From positions 3,525,675-3,589,674 of the forward strand of contig CAJINV010000001.1 of the NCBI GenBank assembly GCA_905178155.1: a stretch of 64,000 nucleotides of DNA, given 5' to 3'. Of this stretch, positions 59,765-64,000 are shown piece after piece. A model generated the notes under the pieces. It was not told the origin of the DNA. It did not search any database and saw only the letters and a list, made by a program, of their open reading frames with translations. Within the stretch, counting starts at the first letter, position 1. Every line of letters starts with the position of its first letter. Source of the stretch: Amoebophrya sp. A120 (Eukaryota; Protista; Dinoflagellata). The translations under genes and the position numbers were made by a program.

Positions 59765-62700
59765 ATGCCGCCTAGTATGTTGGATGTTCGTTTAACCATA
59801 AAGGTCTTCCTACTGGCCGTGGTAGGACAGCTTGGAGTTGTAGTGACGAGCAGCGAACCCGGACCTACAACTTTCAGGGTGCAGAGCGCGAGCCATCATG
59901 ACGGCGCAACTCACCCCGACCCGCGGCAGGGCACACTCGGGTCCCTGGGTGCAACGATGCAGACCCACGACGCGCCTTTCAACGTATGCTTTGGCTTTTT
60001 TGGATTCTTTCAGTTATAATTTTCGCCATCGCAGCTTTTCCAGTGGGGCGTTTGATTACAACTCGATTTTGAAAGTGATTATGGCGAGGGCGACTCTATT
60101 CGTTTTCATGAAATCTAACGAACTATTTATTTGAACCTGAAAACCAACCAACCACAGATGCACTTCGACGCTCCGGGTTTTCTGGCTCTGTACTTCTGGA
60201 CCGGGCTTCTCTTCGTCATCACGCTGGTGTACCGCCTCGTCATGTGGGGCGCGTGCCGCCGGGACATGGTGCGCGAGCGCGTTTCAGAGAACCAACGAGA
60301 GAACCTGCTCAAGCAGGGCTACCAGGACGTCAAGGGGGGCGTGTACGGAACACTTGCGACCACGTACGCGGCCACTTTTGCCAAGGTATCCGAAGAGGTG
60401 ATTGACCACGGGGGCCGGAGCGGCATCGTGCGTAAGCAAGTAGTCTACCAGTTCGGCTACGGCTACACGTTTTTCGGGTCCGTGCTGTACTTTTTCTACA
60501 TGCTGTGGCTCTGCGCCGTTTCTGCTACGTTGTTGCTGTGCCTGCTCACCGTCAGCATACCCGACCACTTTCTCTGGTTCGCAAACGGCTTCTTCAACCT
60601 GTCGCTGTGTCCGGAATCGGTTTGGGACAACATGGACAGGAGAGCGTACAATATTGATACCTTTGTTGTTTGGCTTTTTCTTTTGTCTGTGATAAACAAC
60701 TTTTCCAACACCATTACCATCGTTTGAAACTCTATCTTTTCTTTGAAGAAGTAAAAAAAGAGGTTTGCGCCGTGGTATTCTATCCGTTTCATCAAATACT
60801 TTACCTCAGGCAAAACTGCTCCCTCGGGATGACGGACGACGCCTACATGAAGGCCAACCTTGGCGGCGTCTTCCTGATCTTCTTCGTGATTTCCTTCTTC
60901 ATGTGGTTGCTTTACCTGAAGAACAGCAACGCGATCTTCAACTTTTTCATGCGGCAGATGTCGCTCCGCGAGGCCGAGTACGTCTCGATCGAGGAGCGCA
61001 TCGTGGAACAGTCGCAAGACGACGCGCGCTACGAGAACGAAATCAGCCGCACGGTCGTGGACAACGTGCAAGTCATGGTCGAGGACATCAACGGCATTAC
61101 CTACCGTTATTTCGTCTTCCAGTCCACGCGTCTGACCTACGACCACACCGCGAAAATCTTCGCTGCGCCCCGCAACGAGGTGGTGGACCGGAACACGCTG
61201 AACGCCCTGCATCTGTACAAGCAGGAACCTCTAACCGTCGATGCTGTGTCGGTGGATATTCTGCTGCGCGGGAAGAACAAGATCGACGTGCGGGTCCCGA
61301 GCTTCTTCTGGTTTGCGGCGCAGGAGCTGGGGAACGCGGTGAACCTGTGGCAGATTTTCCAAGCCGTCACGCTCGCGTTCTTCTGGCAGGTGGCCGCGGG
61401 CGCCGTGCTGTTCTTCGTGTTCCTCATCCAGCTCTACCTCGCCGCCATGGCGCGGAAGCGCGTGATGCAGAACGTGGAGCAGACGGCGCGGATCCAGGGG
61501 ATTCGGTTGCTCGTTTACCGGGACGAGCGCCGGGACAAGTACCTGGAATTTGGAAAACCCGTGGACATGTCGCGGATGGATTTGAACCGCCGCGCGAACC
61601 AACGGGACACGCGGCACCCGACCTTGTCGAAGATTGTCGAGGCGGACGACGAGGAGTCCGAGTCCGAGGGCAGCTCCATGTCCGACGGACACATGCTGCA
61701 GTCCAGCGGGGGCCACAAGAGCGACAACACGTTCACATACATCGCCGACATGAAGGTATTAAGACCTACTTTGCCGTTTTCTAAAGTTGTGGATTTTGAT
61801 TAAGACCTTAGGTTAGGAGTTTCAGTTTGTGTTTAAGCGCTTTGTTTCATTCTCTATCATTCAAACACAACTTCTCAGAATGGGAACGCGCAGGCCAAGG
61901 ACGCGCCAAAGGATGCGGACGGGGCTCTTGCTTTCAAGCGGCTGAATGCGGGCACTGGCGCACTTGCCGCGGCCCGAACGGGGACCAGCACTCCGTCGAC
62001 CTCTGCCGGCCCCTCGCGCGACAACTCCGACAGCAATAGTGAGGAGGGCGACCGCGGGCTGCAAACGCTGAGCGGCATCCAGTCCCTGAACGCGCGCTCC
62101 AAGCTCCGGAACGGTACGTTCCGCAGCGTGCACTCGGCGGAGCTGGTCCCGGGTGACCTGATCGAGATCCCGGAGGGGGTCGTGATCCCCTGCGACTGCG
62201 TGTTGCTCGAGGGCCACGCGCTGGTGAACGAGGCGGATCTGACCGGTGAGCCGATGCCGGTGACCAAATACCCGATCGAGCGCCGCGGGCGCGCCGCCAA
62301 CGAGGACCGGCTGGACGTGGTCGCGCACGGCAAGAAGCACTACCTGCACTGCGGAACGACGGTGCTCCAGTCCCTCGGTTCGCAGCGCAGCAAGCGCAAC
62401 CTGAAGGCCATCGGGCTCGTCGTGCAGACCGGTACGGCGACCATGAAGGGCAACATGATCCGGCGCATTCTGTACCCGAGTCCCGTGTACTACCGGTTCA
62501 CCGACCAGCTCGGGCCGTTCGTGTTCACCATGGTCTTTCTGCTGCAGCTCGGCTCGACGATCCCCTTGCTGGTGTACGGCGCGAACGACGGGCGGGGCTT
62601 CTTCCAGATCCTCGTGATGGCCTGCTTCGAGGCGATCTCGCTGTCCACGCAGGTCGCGAGCCCGCTGATGCTGCTCGGGCTCACCCAAGCGCAGCAGAGC

Positions 62701-64000
62701 GCTGCGGACCGGCTCAAGAACTCCCCCTCGACCACACAGACGCTCTCCCCCGAGCGCATGATCATGGCCGGGGAGATCAAGGTGCAGTGCCTGGACAAGA
62801 CGGGCACGATCACGGAAGAGGGCCTGCAGCTCCACGGCATCCGGCCGGTAACCGCAGGGCTGCAACCGTCCTCCTTTCCGGCCGCCCCTCCAGCGAGTGG
62901 GATGAACACTTTTCTCGAGGACTCGAACCCCAGCAGCCAAACGCAAACCACCCCGCCGATCAGCCAGGGGGCCAACTCGCACTCGTCCTCCGGGTCCTTC
63001 TCGGACAGCAACTCTGGCGGCGAGGGGTCCGCGGACGCGCGAACCACCGCGTCCAGTACGAACAAGGCCAACGCGCGCGCCGCGAACAAGATCTTTGAGA
63101 AGAAGTTCGAACCGCTGAACCGCACGTTGGCGGAGAGTCTCCACGGCCCGACCGTGAAGTTTGGCCCCCTGGTGTCCGTGCGCGACACCCCGGACCAGCC
63201 GATGGACAAGGCGAACCTGTTGGAGGTCGCAATGGCCACCTGCCACACCGTGACGAAGGTGGACGGAAATCTGTACGGGAACTCCGTGGAGCGCGAGATG
63301 GTGCGGGTGCTGAACGTGGACTTCGCCGCCCGGATCGGCGAGGGCGTGGAGTACTTCCGGCCGAAGCGCCACCCCGGCGGCGGCGAGTTGCTGTTCAAGA
63401 CCGTGCGGCAGTTCGAGTTTGACCAGGGCACGCAGATGCAGTCGGTCGTCGTGGACATGCGCGGCGAAAACGCCCGCGCGCGCGGCGCGCGGAACTCCCG
63501 CTCCAACGACAGTGCCTCCTTCCGGTCCGGAACCTCCTCCGACGCCTCCGTGCACAGTCACCGCAGCAGTTTGTCCACGGGTTTGTCCTCCTCCCTGTCC
63601 GGTACGGGGTACGGCCGCTCCTCGCCCCAGCACTCGCACGTGCTCTTTTCCAAGGGCAGCTTCGACGCGATCTCGAAGCGGTGCCTGCCGCACACACTTC
63701 CGGTGGACGCGGAGCAGCTGACGAAGTCCCTTGCGGTCGAGGGGTACTACGTGATTGCCATCGCGTACCGCCCGGTCGACGAGTCCTCGCAGAACAAAGC
63801 GAACGGGCAGAAGGTCGTGCGGTGGCACACCAGCTCGCGGGTGGATCTCGAAACGGACATGATCTTTCTCGGGCTGATCTATTTCCTGAACGAGCTCAAG
63901 TCCGACAGCGCGGCCGCGATCGCCGAGCTGCGCCACGGCAACGTCGACCCGGTGATGCTGACGGGAGACAACCTGTGGACCGGCATCCACGTGGCGGAGA
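59765..64000 (+). CDS. P5-type (P5B/ATP13A-like) ATPase, runs off the window; introns 59984-60157, 60646-60809 and 61756-61878
   Basis: ELVPGDLI, IPCDCVLL, VNEADLTGEPMPVTK, CLDKTGTITEEGL, KGSFDAI, FLGLIYFLNELK, VMLTGDN. Confidence 0.9.

Noticed and set aside
61861-63990. 709-aa minus-strand ORF and similar long antisense ORFs (5936-6772, 34195-35196, 52151-53071)
   Set aside because: These are antisense shadows of GC3-rich + strand genes and have no protein motifs.

Overview
This is eukaryotic, intron-containing genomic DNA. Gene content and intron structure point to an alveolate, most likely a syndinian dinoflagellate such as Amoebophrya (inference). About 17 protein genes and one 5'-truncated RNase H-bearing LINE all lie on the + strand. 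Recognisable products are an XK-like/ankyrin/AGC-kinase fusion, a TAF7-like protein, CCDC40, a DUF4787 protein, a TRPV-like channel, an acyltransferase-3 protein, a DUF5054/GH38-like hydrolase, a His-Me-finger-like protein, a degenerate Arf-like protein and a P5-type ATPase. The main signal is five non-GT-AG introns that are transposon-like elements with terminal inverted repeats and target-site duplications (introners); they must be removed to restore reading frames. Four of them have TAT...ATA ends and 5-bp TSDs. Their TIRs are unrelated, yet all four carry a repeated internal motif ATTTGT(C/A)ATGC. The fifth is a 575-bp foldback element with a 6-bp TSD and about 8 palindromic AAAGTCANNTGACTTT modules. 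Canonical donors here are mostly GTAT, which mirrors the introner TAT terminus. All gene models were built by eye, without transcript data.
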